DNA of 62,946 nucleotides, filler included, from Intoshia linei (taxonomy: Eukaryota > Animalia > Orthonectida): assembly GCA_001642005.1 (NCBI GenBank). It is 5 parts of 5 records of this genome, joined end to end, with 100 filler letters (N's around TTAATTAATTAA, not from the genome) between each part and the next. Parts side by side here need not be neighbours in the genome. Positions count along the whole stretch, not along the records: positions 1 to 25,085 come from LWCA01000510.1; positions 25,186 to 48,865 come from LWCA01000574.1; 3 more parts are not named here. The stretch is one strand, 5' to 3'. The position numbers and the translations under genes are program-made. Each line of letters begins with the position of its first letter. Position 1 is the first letter of the stretch. This document shows, piece by piece, positions 24,372 through 37,063 of the stretch. The notes below the pieces were generated by a model that saw only the letters and a program-made list of their open reading frames with translations, ran no database searches and was not told where the DNA came from.

Positions 24372-27300
24372 CACTAGACAACACTGAAAAATACATCTGC
24401 ATAAAATTAATACCATCTTGTGGATAATCTAACGCTGATTTCAATAATATATTATATTTATAAATTTTAGTTCATATAACCCATTTATTAACCATTTTAA
24501 TGTTAAAAAAAATATAACAAAGTTTCACTTCAATTCTAAAATTGACCAATTATATCATTCAAAATAATGTTTACTTTAAAAAAGGTGAAGTTTATTAAGT
24601 TTGAATATTTATTTATTAATTTAAAATGCATGCGTGCGAAATAAACGAAACATATTATTATTGCTTTTTATGTGGTATATATTTGCCAAACATTAAAAAA
24701 TGTTACTCTATGACTGATAAATGTAAAAATTTGATAATGCAAATATACAGTTTAATATACGAGAATCAACTTTGGAATCCCTCAAATCTATGTCAAACGT
24801 GCCATTCGTTTTTAATGAGATTTAAAAAGAGATTTGTGACACCTAGAATATGGAAACATTCAGAAAGTGCGAATGACTGCTATTTCTGTATTCTGAAAAG
24901 AAGAAAACAAAGCCTGAATAAATTAAGCTTTTACTCTTATCCGGCTACCAAAAGTTCAACTTTTCTAATTCCAATGGAAATATATAATTTAGTTTCATCA
25001 TCCCAGCTATTATCATTTCAACAAATAGTTGTTTCAATGTATACTGAGGAATATCCAAATCAACCAATTATTATTACAGAAAAAANNNNNNNNNNNNNNN
25101 NNNNNNNNNNNNNNNNNNNNNNNNNNNNNTTAATTAATTAANNNNNNNNNNNNNNNNNNNNNNNNNNNNNNNNNNNNNNNNNNNNAAAAAAAATATAAAT
25201 TGAAAATTAATTGTTATGGAAATAATTATTACTATAAAAAATAAATTAAATTTTGCTCATATTTCATATTTTTAAATGCTTTGCCCCAGAGTTTTTTTTA
25301 ATCCATTTTATATAATTGTTTGATAATTGTGTATCATTCAACGTCATGTTCCACGTATGGGGTGGCACTTTTGTATTTTCGAGAAAGTGAAAAAATTCAC
25401 ACCCCTAATGTAATTATGTAATTGATGTAATTTTAATTAAATCACTGATCAATGTATATATAAATTTATTTAGTGATCAGTAATAATATTTAAATTAACG
25501 CGAAATGAATACTAAATAATATACAGGTTTACAAATATTTAATTGCCACAGGTTTTTTAACAGGACAATGCTCTGATATGGGTTAAAATTAATCTTTTAT
25601 TCATACATTCTACATGTAGTATCTAAATCCAGATTTACTGAAGAGGTTAGTTCGATATTTTTATAAATGGGTCAAATTTTAATTTGAAACATCAAATTAT
25701 TACATTTTTCAGTAATAAAGTAAGATTTTTTATTTTTTGGCAAATATATCTTATAAAAAAAACAGTAATATTAAGTTATATTTATTTCACATGACTGTAT
25801 TTTAAATCAATAAATCAGTGGTTTTCAACCTGGGTTCCGCGGAACACAGGGTTCCTCGAAATTTAATTGGGGTTCCGTGAAATATAAATGCTATATTTTT
25901 TAATTTACACTTTTTCAAAATAAATTTAAAAAATATAAATTGAAAAGTTTCTATATTAATAAAACCAAAAATCATATTTTGATTATTCATTTGATATGCT
26001 TTTTTAATTAAGATAAATACAATCATTTAACTTAATTAAAATACTTTTTGTGTTCATTTTAAATTATCTTTTTTAAAATTAAAAAATATTTATTCTAAGC
26101 CAGTTTGTCTGATTTCCTATAATTTAATTTTGAACTTTTAATATATTGAGTACTTATTTTGATCATAAAATGGATTAATGTTATATTAGTGGTTTTAATC
26201 GTTACGTATTAATTAGGAAATATCCAAATTATAATCTTACTTGAATTGACAGCAATTAAGCATAAGAAACGGGCAAAGCTGCTGTCGGTAGAAGAAACGT
26301 CCATCAATTAAAAACCTCGGTAAAAATTATCAGGCCTAAATTTCTTTATTAGAAAATTTTTATGTTTTCAATATTAGAGGCGTAATTTTTTAATTAAATT
26401 GTTTTATATATGCGACATGCAAAAAAAAATTTTTCATCATGCTTTTAGGTGCCGCGATTTTTTGAAATTTCATAGGGTTCCGCGCAGTAAAAAAAGTTGA
26501 GAAACACTGCAATAAATAATTATTAATCATAAATAACTTGACCTTTTTTAGTGTAGACATTATTTATAATGATATAATTGGTCAATTTAAGTATTGAAGT
26601 GAAATTTTGTTATATTTTTTTAATATTAGTAAGGTCTAATAAATGTAGTATATGAACCAATACTTATAAATATTATATATCATTGAAATCAGCTTTAAAT
26701 TATCTAATAAATGGTACTATTTTTCAGTGTTGACTAGTGTAATACAATGTATAAACAATGTTTAATAAACATATGTAATATACGTATTTTAGCTATAGAA
26801 AATGATGCATTATATACCGATAATGGATCAATTTCAGATAAGGAAATAATCAACTTAGCAGATAAACTTGAATGTAATATTGTAATTTTAATAAGTGGTG
26901 ATTAAAACAGTGGTTCAGAATCAATTGGTATTACTAACCCTGACTCATTTTGCGACTCCTCCATTTTTAAATCAAGATATTTATGACATTATAAGTTTTC
27001 TTTTTTCTTTAATTTTTGTTATCTTACCAGATTTCACTTTATATTTGGAAACACTATTTTGAGAGAGTATGACTAGAAATCATTTTTTATTGATTCCAAA
27101 GGGTTATTAGTTAATTATTTATTTAATCAGTCATTAAAATTGGTCTGAAGTCATCCCTCCCGTATAAATTACCCTTATTCATTTAATTTTCAGCATTTAA
27201 ATAATAAAGTCAAATAATATCAGTTTACCCCAATATATTATATTACTTATTACTTTTACACTTTTTAGTGATATATCGCTATAATACTAATCGAGATTCG

Positions 27301-30300
27301 AATATATACTTTTAATATAACTCACTTGTAATGTATAACTGGCAGAGTGGTTATAATCATATAATTGTACTAGCTTGGCAGTTTTGTACTACGTACAAAC
27401 AGCACTTAACTCTGCCGAGGGCACTATTTTATTATACCAAAAAAATAAATTCACGTTGAAAATCTAACTTAAAAATTATACTATTAACTATTATCAATCC
27501 TTTGTTTTGTTTTGTTAACATTTGCGTAAAAAATTTATAAAAAAATTGTTATCCCATTTTTTAAATTTATTATACAGAATGTGTGTATAATATTAAAAAT
27601 AAAATAAAAATAGTTCAATCCTAAAAATTGCCATAAATAGCATTAATTCCAAAAAAAATAAAATTATAAAAACATATTTTGTTATTTTCAATGTGATGAC
27701 ATATATTCAGTATCAATTTAATAAATACTTAAAAATACCAATTTTGTATAAATAATTAATTAAATTTTCACTTTATAAATATTTCAGTCGAATTTTACCA
27801 TTATTACAAAGGATTGAATATAAAAATCATTGATGTTGAAAATTTGTCCATACTTTTGGCCTTTTTTCTTGTAAATGTTACTTTTCTTTTTACCATTTTA
27901 TGTTAAATTTGTAACAATTATCAATAAAAAAATAACGTTTCATTTAATATAAATTTAATTTTATAAATTTGTTGCTGTAGTGTTAAAATTTGAAGATTAT
28001 AAAAAATGTTTGGAAAATAAAAATTTTAAATTTAAAAATTGCGTAGCAATGAAAAAAATTCTGAAAGAATGAATTATATAGATTTTCACTTTTATGTCCT
28101 TATTGGAAATGTGTAGACGTACAATCCACATTTTTTTTGAAATTTTAGGATCTATATTTACATTTTCAATTTTTCATTTTAATTAAAATATTTAAAAAAT
28201 ATTGATTGATAATATATTAAAAATTATTTTTTACTGGGAATGCGTTAATTTCTGGGGTTGAAATTTTGTATTTATATCAACTGGAATAAGCTCTATCAGA
28301 ATAATTCTTTTTTCAAATTTTCGGATCGTTAATTATTTCATATTTTTTGTTTTAATAAAATATTTCGGAAAAAAAATATAGACCTTTAATTATTTCACAT
28401 TTTTTGTTTTAATAAAATATTTCGGAAAAAAAATATATGAAAATTAAATGCTTTTTTTGGCCGTGAAGTCGTCACTTATTCGGATTGAAATTTTTTATGT
28501 GTGTTAACATGATGGTAATCTACAAAAACGGCACAAACAACAACGGCACAACTTAAATAATTATAATTATATACCAATGAAAATACAATGCAATGAAATA
28601 CAATTGTATTCAAGTTATATTATAAATATAATTATTTAAGTTGTGCCGTTTTTACCTACGATCAACATGATACAACTCTACCACCTGTAAATTTTTTGAA
28701 ATTCTAAGGCTGTTTTCAAAAAAAAGGGAAGGGAATTTGGGGTTTTGGCCATGAAGGTATAATTTTTTTAAATTTAAATTTATGATAATGTTTATGATTT
28801 TAAAATCCGCATCAGCGTATATATTTTTTTAAATTCTCCAACTCGTTTAAATTTCAAAAAGAGGGACAACAGGGGTTTTTGACCTTTAAGATGTGAAATT
28901 GGGAGGTTGAAATATATCTTACTACTATACGTCCCAAAAAAACTGTAATTGAAATGTGGTCTTTAAAAAATTCTAAGGTGGGTAGTTATTTAAATAAAGT
29001 TGAACACACACACACAAAAATCGCGTCGCATTTTATATAAGTTAGGATTCTGCGTGACTAGGTTTGAATCAAGATTTGGACATCTTTTTATTTAAGATGA
29101 ACTTATCTGAGTTTTTATCTGCCAATCGTTACACTATTAGTTAATTTTATATTTTAAAATGTTATTAATTATTCTAAATCAGTGTTTCCTTACCGTATCT
29201 CTAGGCCCCACTGTGGGACCTGAGAAATTTAACGGAATTATGAAAAATTTAGATTAATTAATAATAATTTTGTACAAACAACAGCTAGCTCTTCCGAGAA
29301 ACGACTTTTTAATTAATTTTAAGTTTTTGAGGTGGTGATTTATGATGATCCTCATCATTTAAAAAAATGGGTAATTTGGTGCATTGACGATAAAGAAGTA
29401 AGTTTTAGAGATATTACCGACAATATTAATGGTGTTTAAACTTTTTTCAGAATTTATGTTTTTTAAAATTCTAAGACTGATTTTATTATATATTAAAAAA
29501 AAAAATGATTTGGGTTTTTGATCCTGATAGATAAAAATCTATTTTTAAAAATAAAATTTGTGATTAAATGACTCGAAAAATTGTATTAGAAATTGGTTAA
29601 TTTTTAATTCTAAGACTTAATTTTTTAATTAACGTAAATTTTAATTTGTTAACGTTAAAATAAAACTGACATTAAATTCAATATAAGTAAAGGATTCTCA
29701 TGTGTCATACCTAATATTAAGAAAATATGTAAGAATAGTCAGGCTCAGTGATATCATTAATACTATATAATAAATATTATAATTAGCTCAACTTTTGACA
29801 ATAAAATCTTTCGATTTGTAATTTATAAGAAAATTAAAAATTATTTTTGATTGAATTGTTATATTAGCCCAAACAACCGTTAAGTCATTTTTTGAAGTGG
29901 GTCTGGAATATTTGTGGCGCATCACAAAAATACTGGGAAACACTGTTCTAATTGCTGAAAATTGTGTTCACACAAAAATATGTTCATTATGTGAGTTGTT
30001 CATGTTGAACAGGATTTACTGTAATTGCTTTATTAAAACTGGGTATATGTAGACTTTTGCAAAACAGTGTATATTCATTGTTGCTATCAGATATAATGTC
30101 CAGTTGGGTTGAATTCGATGATAGGTTAAACTAGAAATTTAATTTAATCTTTAATTTATAAATATTTAGCGATTTCGTTTATAAAAGATACCAAAAATTT
30201 CAAAGACTTGAATGTAAAAACGTTATTCAGCGCATTAATTACCATGATACAGTAATATTATCTTACATACAGTATATAGCAGGGGTTTTTCAACTTTTTT

Positions 30301-33300
30301 AAAATAATTCCCCCATTATACCTTAATTCATAAATTCTAAATCAGCGCCTAAAATAAAATAAAATGAACTATCATTATTATAAAGTAATAATAATGAGGG
30401 AAAAAGGTAAATAATTTTTATTTATTTCCATGTGATCCTACGCCTGTGATTAAGTGCAAAAACAAGTACTTTTTGAAAACTAGTGGCATCCTCTAATTTC
30501 TCACGACCTTTTATAAATTGTTAAATTGTTTGAGTCGTTTTGATATAATTTTTTTCTCGGATGATTTTGAAAAAATCTATACGTCTATATTCTAAAAAAT
30601 AGATATTTATCCAGTTTAGTTTGTTATATTTGCTTTTATTTATAGATACTATATAAATCTGTTACCGAATGTACACATTTCAACGATTTATTATTATTTC
30701 AGTAATGAGCACTGCTGAATTAAACTAGCTCGAAAAAATCAGTAATGTCTGCAGTATCTTCGATTATAAAAAAATATATGTTGAATATTGATGTGTTGGT
30801 TTAATGGATTATAATATTATGTAGATCTTGTCAATTAATTACTTGATTTTAGATCATTGGATGCACCCCTATTTGAATTTGAAAATTATGAAACAATGCT
30901 ATTTACCATTAGTAATGATTCAAATTTTATTAAACTGTTGACATACCGAAAATAATTAATATTATACATTATAATACGCATCTAAGATTGTTGAAATTAA
31001 GTTGATGAAAGCAAAGTCTAAAACAACTCGTGTAAACACAAATAATCCAACCAGATTTTTCTTATGGTGTGTTTCGCGAATTTATTATATTAAATTTTAA
31101 AATTTATTATATTATTTTTAAAATTTTACGAAATATCCAACAATATACAAAACACACACATACATAAAAATTAATATTATATTTCATACAAAATAGAAAA
31201 AAATATTGTTTTAGTAAATTGATTTGTTTAATTTAATTTGTTAATTGAAATTTTTTGGAAAACACCGGTTTAATAAATATTCAGACAAATCGATAATTTT
31301 CTGTATTTATACATTCATTTATTGTATCAGGGTTATTTATTTAGATTACTCCTGAAATTAAAAATTTACGTATAAAAAATACGTATAAAAATTATTAACG
31401 TTTTAGGAGAGTCGAATTTAATTAATAGTTTCGTGAGTTTATACAATCGATAACATAGAACGTATGTGTATTACTATTTTTATTTAGTGATTTTTATTGT
31501 TATTACTATTTTATTATTACTTTTATATTTATAGTTAATAATATACTTATATAATGTACTATATATTATAATACATATAATATTTCACTTTCTACTCAAG
31601 GTTTGAGATTCCTGGTGTAATACGTGTAAATTAAATTGTTTCATAGAGTATTTAGAATATGAAAGTGAAGATACCGTTTCAAATAAATTGCGAAAAATAA
31701 TTAGTGTATTGGATCCTCTTAACCAAAAAATGTTAAAAGCATTATTCAAGCACTTTAACAAGTAAGATAAAATATTATTATCCTTACATACTTAAAGTAT
31801 ATAAAGTAAAGTTGCTAAAAACGTGTGTCTGTGTGTAATCATTTATTGAGATAACTTATAATCCCATAAATTTTTTCACCTCGATAATTAACACTTTAAT
31901 CTCTACGGCCAAAACCACAAATTACCCCTTATTTTCAAAAATATACCCGCTAAAAAATAATAATGTTATTTTCGTTGATTATTAAGTGTATTAATACACA
32001 ACAAATTTTAATTGCACAAACTTACCCCTTCCCGGTCAAAAAAGGAATTTACTATTTTTTTGGAAATTATTTTATTGGAAAAAATAATGTAAATAATAAC
32101 AGTATATTTAACAATACTATTTTAGTCAATCAATCAGCGGGAACAGTGGAGCCAATTTAGCAAATATGTCTAAACATTTTTCGCCTTATTTAATTTATCC
32201 TAAATTTATAACTGTCAAATCCATACTAGATGCAAAATACACAAATCAAATTTTTGTTATTCTAATACAAAATTATTCAACGGTACACATTGTATAAGTA
32301 TTGTTTATATTTCAAAAATAGATTTTTATTGAACACAAAGTAGCATTATTTAAATCAACTATAAGATTTTCCGGAAAGTCTACTAACAACTCACCTCTTC
32401 GAAGTATAATTGGAATGTATTTACTTTTGACTAAATCATTATTTTTTAGATAAAGTCAAATTTTATTCAATTATTGAAAAAGATAAATCTCGGTAATTAT
32501 AATCACAGTACAATGTACTGAGTACATTAAGGAAGTGGTTCTTAACGTGGGCGTTAGCTCCACCAAGGGTGTGTTTTGAAAATTTAACCAATATTATTAA
32601 ACATGTCAAATGTGTTATTTTTGATATTGTTGACAAAAAAATTTGGAACATATATATTTTGCATTATGGGGATGTGAACCTTCAAAATGTCTTAATCCAC
32701 TGATTACGTTAAATTTTAAAACGACACTGGATGGGACGCTAACGCCCACATTGAGAACCACTGACCTAGAGTAAATACATATATTTATCATATAATTATA
32801 ATCCAGATCGGCTAAAGCGTTGTTTTCGTGTAATGCTGATTACGGCAATGAACTTTCCTTTAAAAAAAATGACGTCCTTACAGATGGTAAGAATTTATAT
32901 ACAAAATAATATTCTAATCTTAGAACAGTATTGTGTCTGTAGTACACTGTAAAATCCTTACCAGGGGTGTACAAATTCATTTTTTCTACCGCCCCCCTTT
33001 TTTTTAGCACTATATATTTTCAACGGTGAAAAAATGTGATATTGCCTATTTTGAGAACCCCTAATATATATTGTACTACATTTTATTAGTATGTTTATCT
33101 AGAATTTAGCTTTTTTGATTTTGATATACAGTCTAAGACATAGACTCTAAGTCCTTATTAAAATATGGTTAAATAATTAATTAAAATATAATACTTAATA
33201 TTAATTAATAAATTGAAATTTGTTTTAGCAGAAATTCCATTTTAACGGAATCTTCAATTATTCATTTTTTTAACAAATTTGTATAAACCAAAAATTCCAT

Positions 33301-34747
33301 TAATAAAAATTTCATCTCTAAAGCTCTAAAATTTTTTTTAATCACTATCGTACATATAAACTCATTTGTGACTAATTAGAAGATAATTTATAACGTTTTT
33401 AAACTAATCTTTAATAGACATTGAATTAGATGGCGTTGATTAGAAATTATTACTATCATTGCAGAAATATTATTTTTAACTTTATTTTATTTCTGTAAAT
33501 AACTTAAATTTTTTGAAGGACCCCAAAAAAATTCCTGTGGACCCAGGAGTCCATATGAACCCGTTGATAATGTTGTGTGTATATTACATCGTCATGTATT
33601 ATTCAAAAACTCATAATAACAAGAAATATGACCATTTAATGGTTTTTATTAAAAAAATTAAATTTTGTTAACAAATGTGTTACTATCGGGAAAATTCCAT
33701 ATTAGCGGATTTTCCAAATTTTCAATTTCGTTAATAATGACTGAGACCAGTGGTTCCCAAACTTTTTTCACCATGGACCACTTGTCACAAAAAAAAAATG
33801 TGTGTGGACCATATAATTTTTTAAAAAATCCTCTTAAACCTGAACACATCACTAAGGTAACATATTTATTATTTTATTATATATTCCTCCAATAAATTGT
33901 ACATTAATTTTGACAAGGTAGATTCAATGGAGTAATTAAAAAAATTCTTAATTTCAAACATACTTATTGTGAACTACCAGTGCCGTATGCGAGATCTTTC
34001 CATCGAGGGATTTCGACGAAATTTTTTTTAAAATGGAGGCCTTAATTTATTATTTTAATAAATTAATTTTTTAAATTGAGCATTAAAAAAATTCTTGAAT
34101 ACCAACTAATTTGAGTGTTAAATTTAAAATGTAAACTCAAGAGTCTTAGAAAGGTGGATATAGGGTTATATGACATTATAATTCGTTTACAAAATTTTTA
34201 ATGGTTTATTTTTTATTTTTGAAATGGCGACGGGCTTGCTAGGTTCCATTCCGGAAACTACAATTGAACTAAGTTAAATCGTTACATAGTTTAAATTTAA
34301 CGCATGTGAAAATTATTCACGTTATTCACAGTTAGTCAGTACATTTTCACTTTATTTTTAATAAATGATGTTTACGTTCACTAATAATAATAAATGATCG
34401 ATACAATTCTAATTTATTATTATTATTGTTAAAAAAAGGTTATCTTCATGTTATTTAAAATTTTTCTTGTGGACCACCTATAATTTCCTGTGGACCACCA
34501 GTGGTCCATGTTGACCACTTTGAGAACCACTGACTTAGACTGTATTTTAAGTTGCACAGTCATATTTTTTCAAAACTGATTGAATTCGATGATAATTTTG
34601 CGTTATGAACAGCTCATACCTGGTGAACTGAATATAAATTTATATATAATCATTATAGTGACACCAACTGAGGATGATGGATGGTTAATGGCTACACTTA
34701 ACGACAGAAAAGGGCTTGTACCAATAAATTACATTGAATATTTATAA
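23425..34747 (+). CDS. GRAF/oligophrenin-like RhoGAP + SH3 module (no BAR/PH upstream; 5' exons uncertain)
   Basis: In-frame exon chain from 26793: IENDALYT / DLNVKTLFSAL / SLDAPLF / LDPLNQKMLKALFKHF / ANMSKHFSPYLIYP...TVKSILDAKYTNQIFVILIQNYSTIF / SH3 AKALFSCNADYGNELSF...GWLMATLNDRKGLVPINYIEYL*. Candidate exons at 23425-23626 and ~25620-25670 are tentative. Confidence 0.8.
25086..25185. other. Scaffold gap spacer (same at 48866-48965, 56528-56627, 59034-59133)
   Basis: N-run / TTAATTAATTAA / N-run, 100 bp each, with stops in all six frames. Confidence 0.95.
25816..26509. mobile_element. hAT (Buster/Charlie) MITE
   Basis: TIRs CAGTGGTTTTCAAC / GTTGAGAAACACTG with a perfect 8-bp TSD CAATAAAT (25808-25815, 26510-26517). 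A related partial copy lies at ~45117-45640. Confidence 0.92.
27370..29047 (-). mobile_element. Full-length non-autonomous Helitron (~1.68 kb)
   Basis: Minus strand reads A|TCCTAACTTATATAAAATGC...(TG)n...hairpin CTGTTTGTAC-GTA-GTACAAAACTG...CTAG|T. This gives a 5' TC, 3' CTAG, insertion between A and T and no TSD. Confidence 0.9.
28514..28663. mobile_element. 150-bp foldback MITE (MULE-like) inserted in the Helitron
   Basis: Long inverted arms (AACGGCACAACTTAAATAATTATA / TATAATTATTTAAGTTGTGCCGTT) and the direct repeat AACATGAT on both sides. The empty site is visible in the paralogous Helitron at ~23998. Confidence 0.85.
29180..29945. mobile_element. hAT (Buster-type) MITE
   Basis: Ends CAGTGTTTCC / GGAAACACTG, with TSD TTCTAAAT / TTCTAATT (7/8 match). 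Confidence 0.8.
31781..31950 (+). mobile_element. Helitron 5'-end fragment
   Basis: A|TCCTTACATA...GTGTGTCTGTGTGT, then GCCAAAACCACAAATTACCC, as in other family members. Confidence 0.6.
32533..32763. mobile_element. Short hAT MITE
   Basis: Inverted ends AGTGGTTCTTAACGTGGGCGTTAGC / GCTAACGCCCACATTGAGAACCACTG. Confidence 0.75.
33748..34532. mobile_element. hAT (Buster-type) MITE in the intron splitting the SH3 domain
   Basis: TIRs CAGTGGTTCCCAAA / TTTGAGAACCACTG, TSD ACTGAGAC / ACTTAGAC (7/8 match) and GGACCAC subterminal repeats. Confidence 0.88.
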
Positions 34748-35678
34748 ATAAATAAATCGTATAAATAAAATATTTATTCAGTCAGCGTCAAAAGATGTCA
34801 ACAAATACACACTGAATTGTCATATGCATGGACAGTGTCCATTGGACACAACCACATGTTTTATATGATTCAAAACTAATTGCCATATATTTTAATACGC
34901 GTAGGATGAAATTGTGTTTAACATGATATACATTTATGTGTTTATATTTTTTTCAATAGTTAATTAAATTTGAAATAAAAAGAAATTCAATTATATAATG
35001 CGTTTCTAAATTATATTAACAAAAAAGAAAAACTAATAATAAAAAAAATAAAGTACTAAAAATTTCTGAATAATCTTATATGCTAATTAATTTAAATTTT
35101 AATTAAATCCTTTTAGGATTTTATCAATGGTTGAATAGTTCATACTTATTTCGATCCAATTTCCCTCATTTTTTTTAAGGATATTGACAATTTAATATGT
35201 TGCCAGCTCATAAGTTTAGTTTGAATTGTGCCGCATGTTGCTATGTACTCGGTATTTTATTTATAATAAAGATATGTCACCCTACATTTAACAGATTCAT
35301 TAGATTCAACACATCAATTTGTCAAGATATCAATTTCTATGGCTGAAATCTACATTTTAACATATTTTTAAGCTCTGAGTTAAAAATTTACACCATATAT
35401 GAAAAAACGTGCATATATTTGATTGATGATGATGATAATGGAATTTTTAATTACAAAGTATGTACCACTGGTACATTGTACCAGCTGTAAATAGAGTTGG
35501 GTCCTAGAATATAAAAACGATACAAAAGTTATAAATATTTTAGCTTTAACTTTGTACCATACTTGACATTGTATGTATAGTATGTCTCTATTTACAATAC
35601 GTTTACGCAATATCGTAGTCATATCATTATACTGACACTATTATTGACATTATTTTATAGACGAAGATAAAACGAATA

Positions 35679-37063
35679 ATGGATTCGATTGAATTTATAG
35701 AATCAATTGTGAATTCCCCTTCATACATAAATAAATTGTTGTCTCATGAAAGTCATTTGAATGCTGCGGTAGGCAGTATTAAAGAACTGTCAAAGTACAT
35801 TGACGAGTATACAAACATAAACAAGAGTAAAATATGCCATTTCTAAATACATTTATTTTAGGTTTATCTAATGTTTTGGCTAATATTTCAAAATTACTCA
35901 GTTCATTTCCCAAGGATTTTTTTTTAAATAAAAAATCTACAGATGAAATATGCATTGGTAATTTCAAATTGCAATTATTATTAAAATTATGTAATATAGA
36001 AAATGCTTTTTACTGTTGTAGTGAATTGATCAATAATTACAACAAGTCCCACCAAAGAATGGTATGGATTTACAAATATCATTTTAGAGATGATTTATAT
36101 TTAGAATAATATATTAAATGAACAAATTACAAAGCCTTTCAATAATTATTGTGAATCTGTAGAAAGTTTAAAGGTTTAATTAATTTATCGCTTGAAATTT
36201 TTATACCTGGATGTAGTCAAAGAAAAAGAAAAATGAGGCTCAAAAGACTAAAGTTGAATTTCTACAAGAAAAACTATTAAATATGAAAATAAAACCTGCC
36301 AATGAATACGTCACAGAGGTACACATAATTCTAGATTCATTTCTAATAGTTTATATCAGTGGTTTTGTAAATTTGATACAAACTGAGACCATTTTAAAAA
36401 AAATATCGTTGCAGACTCGTGCTTACTTTTTATATTTGTTAGAGTGTAGTTATATTAAGAGGTGACCAAAACTGTGTAATGGTTTTCCTATAAACAAATG
36501 TGAAATACAACTTAAAGAAAGCGTTTTTCTGTTATATTTTTAACATTGTGATGAATTTTTCATATTGAAAGATTTATAGAGTAAATACACAAATAAGTCA
36601 TATATATACTACTTAATATATAATACTTTGATTATATAATAATTTTTTTTAATTTGGATATAAGCACCCACTATTGGTTCTCCACCACTCTGACCTCATT
36701 TTATTCTAAGATTTGGATCCTAATTATCTGGTTAGGACAATATTGTATTCTTGGCAATATAGAAGTGTATTTTTTGTAATATAAAAAAATTAAACTTTTA
36801 GAGATCATTTTATCATGAATTGGAAATTATGGAAAACAAGAATTGTGAATATTTGATGGACGTTTTAGAATTAGAAGAAAAATTGAAATTTCAAATTTGT
36901 GAAAATGTAAATTATGAATCTTTACAATGAATTTTAATTAATTTTAATAAAAATTTAGATTTTGATTATGACTTTGACTTTCAATAATTTATATTTGGAT
37001 GCAGCAAGTTCAGCCCAATCTTTTAAAACAAACAACAAACAAATCCATTTTTCCATTCAAAAC
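35679..37063 (+). CDS. GRAF/oligophrenin-type BAR domain exons (the N-terminal module of GRAF)
   Basis: MDSIEFIESIVNSPSYINKLLSHESHL...IKEL...STDEICI...EYLMDVLELEEKLKFQICEN|ILIM...FK...HFSIQN| parallels GRAF LEFSDC.LDSP.FRE.LKSHEAEL...IKEL...TDDEMCI...EYVFKVQEVQERKMFEFVEP|LL...FK.QL.ISIQN|. Confidence 0.8.

Larger units (their letters stand above)
24372..26739 (+). mobile_element. Chapaev3-like (CMC) DNA transposon with an N-terminal transposase ORF (24626 to the gap)
   Basis: A 22-bp inverted repeat, CACTAGACAACACTGAAAAATA (24372) / TATTTTTCAGTGTTGACTAGTG (to 26739), is flanked by TTA and TAA. The ORF pattern CFLCG...W.P..LC.TC...F..P.IW...NDCYFC...YP...SS is typical of the Chapaev3 N-terminal zinc domain. 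The span crosses a gap, so the two ends may belong to different copies. Confidence 0.7.

Noticed and set aside
25086-25185. Palindromic TTAATTAATTAA recurring four times between N-runs
   Set aside because: These are identical 100-bp spacers with six-frame stops, i.e. an assembly linker rather than biology.
33658-33895. Short ORFs overlapping MITEs (also 5151-5381, 25802-26026, 32463-32651, 45238-45474, 47798-47998)
   Set aside because: They are chance ORFs in non-coding transposon sequence.
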